Translations under genes and position numbers: made by a program | Notes under the pieces: model-generated | Database searches by the model: none | Seen by the model: the letters and a program-made list of their open reading frames with translations, nothing else | What the model was told of the DNA's origin: nothing | Origin: Anaeromyxobacter sp. | GTDB lineage: Bacteria > Myxococcota > Myxococcia > Myxococcales > Anaeromyxobacteraceae | Direction: 5' to 3' | Length of the DNA: 64,000 bases | Assembly (NCBI GenBank): GCA_049840735.1 | Contig: JASGJN010000020.1 | Span: 672,001 to 736,000 of the forward strand | Part shown: in pieces, positions 1-8,348 of the stretch | Position numbering within the stretch: position 1 is the stretch's first letter | Layout of the letters: each line of letters begins with the position of its first letter

Positions 1-477
1 CTCGTCGGTGGCCAGGTACTCCTCCACGGCGGCCTCGGAGAGGCTGCGCACCCGGCCGAACAGGTCCAGCTCCCAGGAGAGCCCCAGCGAGGCGGACCAG
101 GTGTTCGCGGTGTAGGCCCGGCCGGTGGTGCTGGCCTCCTCGCCGGCGTGGGCACGGGTGAAGCCGCCCTGGCCGGACGCCTCGGGGAAGAGCGGCGCGC
201 GCTGGATCCGGTACTGGGCCCGGGCCAGCTCGACATTGAGCGTGGCGACGCGCAGGTCGCGGTTGTTCTCCAGCGCCATGGCCACCAGCGCCTGCAGGCG
301 GGGGTCACCGAAGACGTCGCGCCAGCCCAGCTCGCCGGCCGCGGCGCCCGCGCCGGCGGCGTCCTTCACCGGCCAGGCGGTGGCCACCGGCAGCTCGGGG
401 CGCTGGTAGCGGGGGGCCAGCGAGCAGCCGGCCGCGGCCAGCAGCGCCGCCGCGGCGAGGGTCCGGGCGCTACGCAT
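1..477 (-). CDS. RND efflux outer membrane lipoprotein (OprM/NodT/TolC family), 3' end outside window
   Basis: Manual translation from ATG at 477: [27 protein letters not shown] (lipobox), WRDVFGDPRLQALV..ALENNRDLRVA..SWELDLFGRVRSL. Start overlaps the acrB stop. Confidence 0.93.
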   Translation of the reverse strand, partial: MRSARTLAAAALLAAAGCSLAPRYQRPELPVATAWPVKDAAGAGAAAGELGWRDVFGDPRLQALVAMALENNRDLRVATLNVELARAQYRIQRAPLFPEASGQGGFTRAHAGEEASTTGRAYTANTWSASLGLSWELDLFGRVRSLSEAAVEEYLATDE

Positions 478-3400
478 GGGCCGCCTCCTTCTCCGCCGGC
501 TGCGCCGGCTCCACCTGCGTCGCGCGGGCCCGGCGCCGCCGGGCGATCACCACGAAGAAGACCGGCACGAACAGCACCGCCAGCACGGTGGCCGAGATCA
601 TGCCGCCCATCACCGCGTAGCCGATGGCGTTCTGGCCGCCGGCCCCGGCCCCGCTGGCGGTGGCCAGCGGCAGCACGCCCAGGATGAAGGCCAGCGAGGT
701 CATGACGATGGGCCGCAGCCGGAGCCGGGCCGCCTCCAGCGCGGCCTCGACCGCGCTCCGGCCCTGCTCGTGCGCCTCCTTGGCGAACTCGACGATCAGG
801 ATGGCGTTCTTGGCCGAGAGGCCGACCGTGGTGAGCAGGCCCACCTGGAAGTAGACGTCGTTGGCCAGCCGGCCCAGCAGCGTGGCCAGCACCGCGCCGA
901 GCACGCCCAGCGGCACCACCAGCATCACCGAGACGGGGATGGACCAGCTCTCGTAGAGCGCGGCCAGGCAGAGGAACACCACCAGCAGCGAGATGGCGTA
1001 GAGCGCCGGCGCCTGCGAGCCGGAGAGCCGCTCCTCGTAGGAGAGCCCCGACCACTCCATGCCGACGCCAGCCGGGAGCCGGGAGGCAATCTCCTCCACC
1101 GCCGCCATGGCCGCGCCGGTGCTGCCGCCGGCCACCGGCTCGCCCTGGATCTGCACCGCCGGCATGCCGTTGAACCGCTCCAGCCGCGGCGAGCCGTAGG
1201 TCCAGCGCCCGGAGGCGAAGGTGGTGAAGGGCACCATGTCGCCGGTGCGGTTGCGGACGTACCAGCGCTCCAGGTCCTGCGGCTGCATGCGGTAGGGCGC
1301 GTCCGCCTGCATGTAGACGCGCTTGGTGCGCCCCTTGTCGAGGAAGTCGTTCACGTAGGAGACGCCCCAGGTGGACGCCAGCGTGCTGTTGATGTCCGCC
1401 AGCGTCAGCCCCAGCGCCGCGGCCTTGGGCGCGTCCACGTCGATCTTGTACTGCGGGGTGTCGTCCAGGCCGGAGGGGCGCACCTTGGCCAGGCGCGGGT
1501 CCTTGGACGCCTCGGCCAGGAACTGGTTGCGCGCCTGCATCAGCACCTCGTGCCCCACGCCGCCGCGATCCTGCAGCTGCACCTCGAAGCCGGTGGCGTT
1601 GCCCAGCTCGCCCACCGCCGGCGGGGCGAAGGAGAAGACCTGGGCCTGGCGGATGCGCGAGAAGGCGCCCATGGTCCGGCGCACCACCGCGTCCACCTTG
1701 AGGTCCGCCCCCTTCCGCTCGTCCCAGGGCTTGAGCCGGATGAAGGCCACGCCCACGTTCTGGCCGCGGGAGGCCAGGCTGAACCCGGCGATGGTCATCA
1801 CCGAGTCGATGGCGCCCTTCTCCTGCGTGAGCAGGTGCTGCGCCACCTGGTCCAGCACCTGGCGCGTGCTCTCCAGCGTGGAGCCGGGCGGCAGCGTCAC
1901 CTGCGTGTACATGATCCCCTGGTCCTCGCCGGGGAGGAACCCGGTGGGCACGCGCACGAAGAGCAGCCCCAGGACCGCCACGATCACCACGTAGGCCACC
2001 ATGGTCCGGCCGCGCCGGCCCAGCAGGCGCTTCACCAGCCCCTGGTACCAGCCGTTGCCGCGGTCGTAGAGCCGGTTGAACAGGCCGAACAGCCCGCGGT
2101 GCGTCTCGACGTGCCCCTTCTCGACCGGCTTGAGCAGCGTGGCGCAGAGCGCCGGGGTGAGCGTCAGGGCCACGAAGACCGAAAGCGCCATGGCCGAGAC
2201 CAGCGTCAGCGAGAACTGCCGGTAGATGACGCCCACCGAGCCGCCGAAGAAGGCCATGGGGACGAAGACCGCCGCCAGCACCATGGCGATGCCCACCAGC
2301 GCGCCGGTGATCTGCCCATGGAGCGGCGGGTGGCCTCCCGCGGCGGGAGCCCCTCCTCGCTCATGACGCGCTCGACGTTCTCCACCACCACGATGGCGTC
2401 GTCCACCAGCAGGCCGATGGCCAACACCAGGCCGAACATGGTGAGGGTGTTGATGCTGAACCCGGCCGCGGCCAGGACGCCGAAGGTCCCCAGCAGCACC
2501 ACCGGCACGGCGATGGTGGGGATGAGCGTGGCGCGGAAGTTCTGCAGGAACAGGTACATCACCAGGAAGACGAGGAGGATGGCCTCCGCCAGCGTCTTCA
2601 CCACCTCCTCGATCGACAGCCGGACGAAGGGGGTGGTGTCGAGCGGGAAGTCGTACTGCATGCCCTGCGGGAAGAAGGGCGCCAGCTCCTCCAGCCGCGC
2701 CCGCACCGCGGCGGCGGTGTCCAGCGCGTTGGCGCCGGCCGCCAGCCGGATGGCGACGCCGCTGGAGGGCTTGCCGTTGATGTAGGTTTCGATGTCGCTC
2801 GACTCGCCTGCCAGCTCGACGCGGGCCACGTCGCGCAGCCGCACCTGCGAGCCGTCGGGGTTCACGCGCAGCAGGATGGCGCCGAACTGCTCCGCGCTCT
2901 GCAGGCGGGTCTGGGCCGTGATGGTGGCGGTGAGCCGCTGCCCCGGGACGGCCGGCAGCCCGCCCAGCTGGCCGGCCGAGACCTGCGCGTTCTGGGCCTG
3001 GATGGCGCCCGAGACGTCCACCGGCGTGAGCCGGAAGTTCGATCATCTTCTCCGGGTCGAGCCAGATGCGCATGGCGTACTGCGAGCCGAAGACGTTCAC
3101 CTCGCCCACGCCCGGCACCCGCGAGATCTGGTCCTGCACCGAGGTGTACAGGTAGTCGGAGATGTCGTTGCGGGTCATGGACCCGTCGGCGGAGACGAAG
3201 CCGACGATCATGAGGTAGTTGCGGACCGACTTGACCACCCGCACGCCCTGCCGCTGCACCTCCTGCGGGAGCTGCGGCATGGCCAGCTGCAGCTTGTTCT
3301 GCACCTGGACCTGCGCGATGTCCGGGTTGGTGCCGGCGTCGAAGGTGAGCGCCACCGAGGCGTTGCCCGCGTCGTCGCTGGAGGACTGGATGTAGCGCAG

Positions 3401-3622
3401 GTGGTCGAGCCCGTTCATGCGCTGCTCGATCACCTGCGTGACCGTGTCCTCCAGCGTCTTGGCGGAGGCGCCGGGGTAGCTGGCCTGGACGGTGATCTGG
3501 GGCGGCGCGATGGCCGGGTACTGCGAGACCGGCAGCGTGAGGATGGAGAGGGCGCCCGCCATCATCACGATGATGGCGATGACCCAGGCGAAGATCGGTC
3601 GATCGATGAAGAACTTGGCCAC
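470..3622 (-). CDS. acrB: Multidrug efflux RND permease (AcrB/MexB family), with two compensating apparent frameshifts (~3040 and ~2313)
   Basis: [17 protein letters not shown] start, [15 protein letters not shown] and [12 protein letters not shown]. The missing middle ([16 protein letters not shown]) is in the alternative frame 2206..3021. Confidence 0.95.
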   Translation of the reverse strand: MAKFFIDRPIFAWVIAIIVMMAGALSILTLPVSQYPAIAPPQITVQASYPGASAKTLEDTVTQVIEQRMNGLDHLRYIQSSSDDAGNASVALTFDAGTNPDIAQVQVQNKLQLAMPQLPQEVQRQGVRVVKSVRNYLMIVGFVSADGSMTRNDISDYLYTSVQDQISRVPGVGEVNVFGSQYAMRIWLDPEKMIELPAHAGGRLGRHPGPERAGLGRPAGRAAGRPGAAAHRHHHGPDPPAERGAVRRHPAAREPRRLAGAAARRGPRRAGRRVERHRNLHQRQALQRRRHPAGGRRQRAGHRRRGAGAAGGAGALLPAGHAVRLPARHHPLRPAVDRGGGEDAGGGHPPRLPGDVPVPAELPRHAHPHHRRAGGAAGDLRRPGRGRVQHQHPHHVRPGVGHRPAGGRRHRGGGERRARHERGGAPAAGGHPPLHGQITGALVGIAMVLAAVFVPMAFFGGSVGVIYRQFSLTLVSAMALSVFVALTLTPALCATLLKPVEKGHVETHRGLFGLFNRLYDRGNGWYQGLVKRLLGRRGRTMVAYVVIVAVLGLLFVRVPTGFLPGEDQGIMYTQVTLPPGSTLESTRQVLDQVAQHLLTQEKGAIDSVMTIAGFSLASRGQNVGVAFIRLKPWDERKGADLKVDAVVRRTMGAFSRIRQAQVFSFAPPAVGELGNATGFEVQLQDRGGVGHEVLMQARNQFLAEASKDPRLAKVRPSGLDDTPQYKIDVDAPKAAALGLTLADINSTLASTWGVSYVNDFLDKGRTKRVYMQADAPYRMQPQDLERWYVRNRTGDMVPFTTFASGRWTYGSPRLERFNGMPAVQIQGEPVAGGSTGAAMAAVEEIASRLPAGVGMEWSGLSYEERLSGSQAPALYAISLLVVFLCLAALYESWSIPVSVMLVVPLGVLGAVLATLLGRLANDVYFQVGLLTTVGLSAKNAILIVEFAKEAHEQGRSAVEAALEAARLRLRPIVMTSLAFILGVLPLATASGAGAGGQNAIGYAVMGGMISATVLAVLFVPVFFVVIARRRRARATQVEPAQPAEKEAAHA

Positions 3623-3630
3623 GGCCGCTC

Positions 3631-4806
3631 CTAGCGCTGCGCCTGCTTCGGACCGGCCTCGACCTCGACCGGCTTCACCTCGGCGCCCGGCCGGACCTTC
3701 TGCAGGCCGTCGACGATCACCTGCTCGCCGGGCTTGAGGCCGGCGCTGACCAGCCAGCTGTCACCCACGGCGCGCTCGGTGGTCAGGCTGCGCCGCTCCA
3801 CCTTGCGGTCGGCCCCCACCACCAGCGCGGTGGGCTGCCCCTTCTGATCGCGCGCGACCGCCTGCTGCGGGACCAGCAGCGCCTGCGGGTTCACGCCCTC
3901 CTCCAGCCGGGCGCGCACGAACATGCCGGGCATCACCTCGCGCTCGGGGTTGGGGAAGAGCGCGCGCAGCGAGATGGAGCCGGTGGTCGGGTCCACCGTC
4001 ACGTCGGCGAACTGGAGCGTGCCGGGCTGGCCGTACTCGTGCCCGTCCTCGAGCAGCAGCTTCACGCGGGCGGCCCCCTTGCCGGCGCTCTGCAGCCGAC
4101 CCTCGGCCAGATCGCGCCGTAGCCGCAGCACCTCGGTGCTGGACTGGGTCAGGTCCACGTAGACCGGGTCGAGCTGCTGGATGGTGGCGAGCAGCGTGGC
4201 CGCGCCCTGCTGCACGTAGGCGCCCTCGGTCACCGCAGAGCGGCCGATGCGCCCGGAGACCGGCGCGGTGACGCGGGTGTAGCCGAGGTTGATCCGGGCC
4301 GTCTCCACCGCGGCGCGGCCCGCCTGCGCGTCGGCCTGCGAGGCGCTGAGGGCGGCCTGCGCGTTGTCCGCCTCCTGCTTGGAGACGGCGTTGTCCGCCA
4401 CCAGCTCGGCGGTGCGCTGCGCCTGCAGCCGGGCGTTGGCCAGGGTGGCCTCGGCGCGCGCCAGCTGCGCGCGGGCCGACTCCAGCGCCGCCTCGTAGGG
4501 CGCCGGGTCGATGAGGTACAGCACCTGGCCCTCCTTGACGTCGCTCCCCTCGGGGAAGAGCCGCTTCAGCACGATGCCGTTCACCCGGGCGCGGACCTCG
4601 GCCACGCGGAAGGCGCTGGTGCGGCCGGGCAGCTCGCGGGTGAGCGTCACGGCCTGCGGGGCCATGGTGACCACGCCCACCTCCACCGGACCGGGAGGCG
4701 GCGGGGGCGGCGCCTGCCGCGAGCAGGCGGCCAGGCTCACCAGCAGCGCTGCAGCGGTGGAGAGGGGGAGTGCACGGGGAACGATGACTCGAACGGGGAG
4801 GGGCAT
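3631..4806 (-). CDS. acrA: RND periplasmic adaptor (AcrA/MexA family) lipoprotein
   Basis: Lipobox LAAC; ELPGRTSAFRVAEVRARVNGI; APVSGRIGRS; immediately upstream of acrB. Confidence 0.95.
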   Translation of the reverse strand: MPLPVRVIVPRALPLSTAAALLVSLAACSRQAPPPPPPGPVEVGVVTMAPQAVTLTRELPGRTSAFRVAEVRARVNGIVLKRLFPEGSDVKEGQVLYLIDPAPYEAALESARAQLARAEATLANARLQAQRTAELVADNAVSKQEADNAQAALSASQADAQAGRAAVETARINLGYTRVTAPVSGRIGRSAVTEGAYVQQGAATLLATIQQLDPVYVDLTQSSTEVLRLRRDLAEGRLQSAGKGAARVKLLLEDGHEYGQPGTLQFADVTVDPTTGSISLRALFPNPEREVMPGMFVRARLEEGVNPQALLVPQQAVARDQKGQPTALVVGADRKVERRSLTTERAVGDSWLVSAGLKPGEQVIVDGLQKVRPGAEVKPVEVEAGPKQAQR

Positions 4807-4827
4807 TCTCAGGCTGTCCTGGGCAAA

Positions 4828-4898
4828 CTGAACTGTACGGTTCAGGGGCCCGCTTATTAGTCGGGTGCGGGTTGACAGTCAACACTGAACGGTTCAGT
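4828..4898. promoter_or_regulatory. Palindromic TetR-type operator sites between acrA and tetR
   Basis: CTGAAC-TGTACG-GTTCAG (4828-4845), GTTGAC-A-GTCAAC (4871-4883, contains TTGACA) and ACTGAAC-G-GTTCAGT (4884-4898), in a relatively AT-rich divergent spacer. Confidence 0.75.
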
Positions 4899-4912
4899 TT
4901 CAAGGGCGTCCC

Positions 4913-5543
4913 ATGACCCAACCCCTCGAGAGAGCCAGCGAACTTTCACCTGCGAAGCGCCAGCAGATCCTGGCGGGCGCCCGCCGGGCGTTCGCCGAGC
5001 TGGGCTACGAGCGCGCCAGCGTGGACCGGATCGCGGCCCAGGCCGGGGTCTCCAAGGCCACGGTCTATAACCACTTCGAGGACAAGCGGGCCCTGTTCGT
5101 CGCCTCCATCTCCGAGGAGGTGGACAGCATGCGTGGCGAGCTGCTGGCGCTCATCGCCAGGCCGCCTTCCGAGCTCACCGAGGCGCTCCAGCAGATCGGC
5201 GAGCGGGCCGTGGCCATCCGGCTGCAGCGGGCCACCGACTGCCTGTTCCGGAGCACCATCGCCGAGGCCCGCCGCTTCCCGGAGATCGGGCTGCACCTCT
5301 TCGAGCGCGGGCCCAAGGCCTTCCACGACGCGCTCGGCCAGCTCCTCGCGCGCCACCGCGACCAGGGCCGGCTGGAGCTGGACGACCCCTCGTCGGCGGC
5401 CATCCAGTTCTCGATGCTGTGCCAGGGGGACCTGGTGGTCCGGGCACAGCTCGGGATCCCGGTCGCGCCGGAGGAGGTCCGCGCCAACGTGAAGGGCGCG
5501 GTGGCCACCTTCCTGCGGGCCTTCGCTTCCGCCCGCCGCTCGA
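4913..5543 (+). CDS. TetR/AcrR family repressor; true stop probably masked by a 1-nt insertion
   Basis: HTH ASVDRIAAQAGVSKATVYNHFEDKRALF and C-terminal ..AVATFLRAF. Removing C5541 from in-frame T-C-GATC gives TGA at the expected length of about 209 aa. Confidence 0.88.
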
Positions 5544-5610
5544 TCCCCTCCCCGCTTTCACGCTGCGGCCGCAGGGCTGCCGCTGCTGGCGGGCGCGCTG
5601 CGGCCGGCGG

Positions 5611-6396
5611 TCACCCCGCCCACTTCGCGATGGCGGCGGCGATGCGCGAGGCCAGGTCGCGGACCGTCCGCACGTGCGGGTGGAAGGCCGGCCCGATGGG
5701 CGCCCTGCGGGCCTTCATGATCAGCTCCTGCAGGTCCAGGTGGAGCCGATTGGCCTCGCGGTGGGCGGCCAGCAGCTCCTCGGGCGTGGCCGCGCCGCGC
5801 TCCAGCAGCCCGGTGAGCCGCCCCCGGGCGACGGCGATCTCGCCCGAGAGGTCCAGCATCCTGTCCAGCCGGCCCACCTCCACGCGCAGCGTGCGCCCCT
5901 GCCCGTCCACCTGGGCGCCGGGCACCGCCACCGCCGCCTCGGAGGCGGCCACCGCCGCGGCGCCGCGCTGGTGCGGCGCCTCCGCCGCGCTGCGGGTCGC
6001 CTCGGCCAGCCGGGCGCGGAAGGCCGTCACCGGCTCGCTGGGGCCGGTCCTGCCGGCCGCGCAGGCGTGGATGGCCGCGCGCAGCACGTCCACCGACTGC
6101 AGCAGCAGCGTCACCATCGCCGCGGTGGCGGAGAGGTCGTGCTTGCGCAGCCGCTCCAGCACCTGCTCGAGGTCGTGGGCCAGGGCGCGGGAGGCGTCGA
6201 AGCCCACCAGCGCCGAGCCGCCCTTGAGCGTGTGGGCGTCACGGAAGACCGCGTGGAGCAGCTCGTCGTCCCGGGGCCTGGCCTCCAGCGCCACCACGCC
6301 CTGCTCCATGCGGGTGAGCACCTCCTCCGCCTCGGCCAGGAAGGCGGCGATCAGCGCTCCCCGGTCGATCGCGAACGCTTCCCCTGTAGCGCTCAC
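5611..6396 (-). CDS. Truncated CheA: Hpt (P1) plus dimerisation (P3) only
   Basis: FLAEAEE..FRDAHTLKGGS (phospho-His intact), LRVEVGRLDRMLDLSGEI, RTVRDLA then stop. GTG start overlaps the cheD stop. Confidence 0.8.
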   Translation of the reverse strand: MSATGEAFAIDRGALIAAFLAEAEEVLTRMEQGVVALEARPRDDELLHAVFRDAHTLKGGSALVGFDASRALAHDLEQVLERLRKHDLSATAAMVTLLLQSVDVLRAAIHACAAGRTGPSEPVTAFRARLAEATRSAAEAPHQRGAAAVAASEAAVAVPGAQVDGQGRTLRVEVGRLDRMLDLSGEIAVARGRLTGLLERGAATPEELLAAHREANRLHLDLQELIMKARRAPIGPAFHPHVRTVRDLASRIAAAIAKWAG

Positions 6397-6894
6397 AGCT
6401 GCTTCACCCAGGCCGATCCGTCGTCGGAGTGGAAGATGAGCTTTCGGCCACGCTCGCCGCCCACGTCGTGCTGCAGCACCGGGATGCCGGCCTCCTGCAG
6501 CAGCTGGAAGGCCAGCTGGGCGTTCTCGCCGCCCAGGTTGCGCTGGCGGAACACCCCCATGACGCTGGCCCCGCCGAACACCTTGGCCCGGAGCGCGTGC
6601 CGGCGCGCCCCCGCCCGGACCAGCTCGTCGATCAGCCCGGGGACCGCCACGCTGCCGAACCGCGGGGAGCGCTCGCGCGCCACGTGCAGCGGCAGCAGGA
6701 AGTGGTTCATCCCGCCGAATCCTGCGCTCCGGGTCGAAGACGCAGGCGGCCACGCAGGAGCCGAGCACGGTGATGATGGCGCTGGGCCGGACCGCGACCG
6801 CGAGCTGGCCGGCGTTGAGGTAGAGCTTCTCCCGGCCGCCCGCGTCCGGGGCACCGCCGTCCCGCCGGATCGCGGACGTGTCCGGCCCGGTCAA
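6393..6894 (-). CDS. cheD: Chemoreceptor glutamine deamidase CheD, apparent +1 frameshift ~6718
   Basis: ITVLGSCVAACVFD in one frame; GGMNHFLLP, AKVFGGA and DVGGERGRKL in the next. Junction reads GATTC where GATC restores the frame. Confidence 0.9.
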
Positions 6895-7532
6895 GCGGCC
6901 CGCTCCGCCGCGCGGCGCAGGTGCAGCGCCTGCCCGCCGTGGATGGCCAGCAGCTCGAGGACCACCAGGTCGGCCTCCCGCAGCTCCGGCTTGTGGACCA
7001 GCAGGCGGTAGATGGTGATGAGCCCCACCACGCGCCCCTCGGCCAGCAGCGGCACGCAGGCGGTCAGCTCGTCCTCGCCCGGATCCGGCGCGCCGTCGCG
7101 CGCGGCCACCCAGGGGCGGCCTGCGGCCGCGACCCGGCCGGCGGTGCCCTGGCCCATGGCGATGCGCTCGGGGTGGCCGCCGCCCTCGCGGCCCAGGGCG
7201 CGCAGCAGCCGCAGGCTGCCGTCCTGCAGCGCGTAGATGCCCAGCTCCCCCGAGCCGATCACGTCGATGACCACCTCCTGCATGGCCTGCAGCAGCTCCT
7301 CGACCTGGGCGGCGCCGTGGATGCGGATGAGCGTCGCGACCTGCTGCACCAGCTCGTCGGCGCGATCCATCGCCTCGACCAGCGCGTCCCCGAGCTGCCC
7401 GTTCTCCTCCTCCAGCGCCCGCACCCGGGCCCGGAGGCGATCGACCTCGGCCGCGAGCCCGGCGGGCGCGCGCGAGACCTCGAGCAAGGCTCCCTCGGGC
7501 TTGCCGGCCACGGCCGCGCGCTCCTCACTCAC
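6891..7532 (-). CDS. Coiled-coil plus GAF domain protein
   Basis: N-terminal heptads (LRARVRALEEENGQL); GQGTAGRVAA..ACVPLLAEGRVVGLITIY GAF-like; overlaps both neighbours. Confidence 0.8.
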   Translation of the reverse strand: MSEERAAVAGKPEGALLEVSRAPAGLAAEVDRLRARVRALEEENGQLGDALVEAMDRADELVQQVATLIRIHGAAQVEELLQAMQEVVIDVIGSGELGIYALQDGSLRLLRALGREGGGHPERIAMGQGTAGRVAAAGRPWVAARDGAPDPGEDELTACVPLLAEGRVVGLITIYRLLVHKPELREADLVVLELLAIHGGQALHLRRAAERAA

Positions 7533-7893
7533 CCAGGCAGCTCCGGACCTTGCTGAGCAGGTCGAGCGCGTTGATGGGCTTGGTGACGTAGTCGTTGCAG
7601 CCGGACGCGTACCCCGCCTCGACGCTCTCCAGCTCGCCGCGCGTGGTCACCATGATGACCGGGATGCCCTTGGTGGCGTCCTGCTCCCGCAGCCGGCGCA
7701 CCGCGCCGAAGCCGTCCAGGCGCGGCATCACCACGTCCATGAGGATCAGGTCGGGCTTCTCGGCCACGGCCTTCTCCACGCCCTCCTGTCCGTCCCGCGC
7801 CTCCAGCACGTCGAACCGCTGAGCGAGGATCATCTTCTCCATCAGCAGGACTGTGGTGGAGTCGTCCACGAGCAGGATCTTCTTGCGGCCCAT
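7525..7893 (-). CDS. Single-domain response regulator (CheY-like)
   Basis: KILLVDDS, PDLILMDVVMP, IMVTT, YVTKP: all canonical receiver residues present. Confidence 0.93.
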   Translation of the reverse strand: MGRKKILLVDDSTTVLLMEKMILAQRFDVLEARDGQEGVEKAVAEKPDLILMDVVMPRLDGFGAVRRLREQDATKGIPVIMVTTRGELESVEAGYASGCNDYVTKPINALDLLSKVRSCLGE

Positions 7894-7927
7894 CAAAGCC
7901 CTCCTTGGCGCGGGGCGACCCTCGTGC

Positions 7928-7943
7928 TGCAAGCGCGGAACCA
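7928..7943 (-). promoter_or_regulatory. Sigma54 -24/-12 promoter candidate for the receiver-GAF-cheD-cheA' operon
   Basis: Minus strand reads TGGTTC-CGCGC-TTGCA (GG-N10-GC), 35 nt upstream of the ATG at 7893. Confidence 0.6.
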
Positions 7944-8200
7944 GCGCGGTCGCGCCGGACGCGACACCGGACGGCGAAGGGAAATCCCGTGTCGCGCCGC
8001 CCGTGTCCGCTGGGTTGCGACGGCCTGTATCCGTTGTCCGACCAGCCTCCGCGGTGCACGCAGACGCGGGTCCCGGGTGCCCCCCCCGCCGATTCCCTCA
8101 CCCTGGGGTGATCTCGAACCCGGCGCCGGGCGCCGGCCGGGTCACCACCTCCAGCGCCGGATCACTCAGGCTTTCAGGACCGCGCCGGCGAGGCCCGCGG

Positions 8201-8216
8201 TGGTACGTGGCTTGAA
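8201..8216 (+). promoter_or_regulatory. Weaker sigma54-like promoter candidate for the divergent cheA-like gene
   Basis: TGGTAC-GTGGC-TTGAA: correct spacing, but GA instead of GC at -12. Confidence 0.35.
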
Positions 8217-8348
8217 CGGTTCGCCCCCGACGCAGTTCCGCAGGGATCATGCTGAGGGGGCAGCGATGACGTGGCCCGGCAGTCCCAAGGTGGCCTTCGA
8301 GCTCCTCATCGCCTTCCCGGCCCTCGCGCTCGTCGGAGGGTCCTCGCG

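Noticed and set aside
2206..3040. Programmed frameshifting or pseudogenisation of acrB, and likewise cheD, glgX, the DUF362 gene and the hybrid kinase
   Set aside because: No slippery sequences, no other decay, and every lesion is at GATC; sequencing artefact is more parsimonious.
4913..6439. 508-aa TetR fusion protein
   Set aside because: The extension is the antisense shadow of the CheA fragment; one inserted C at a GATC hides the stop at about 5543.
5611..6894. CheD-CheA fusion (427-aa ORF)
   Set aside because: Created by the cheD +1 indel; the corrected cheD stops at 6393 with a GTGA overlap to the next gene.
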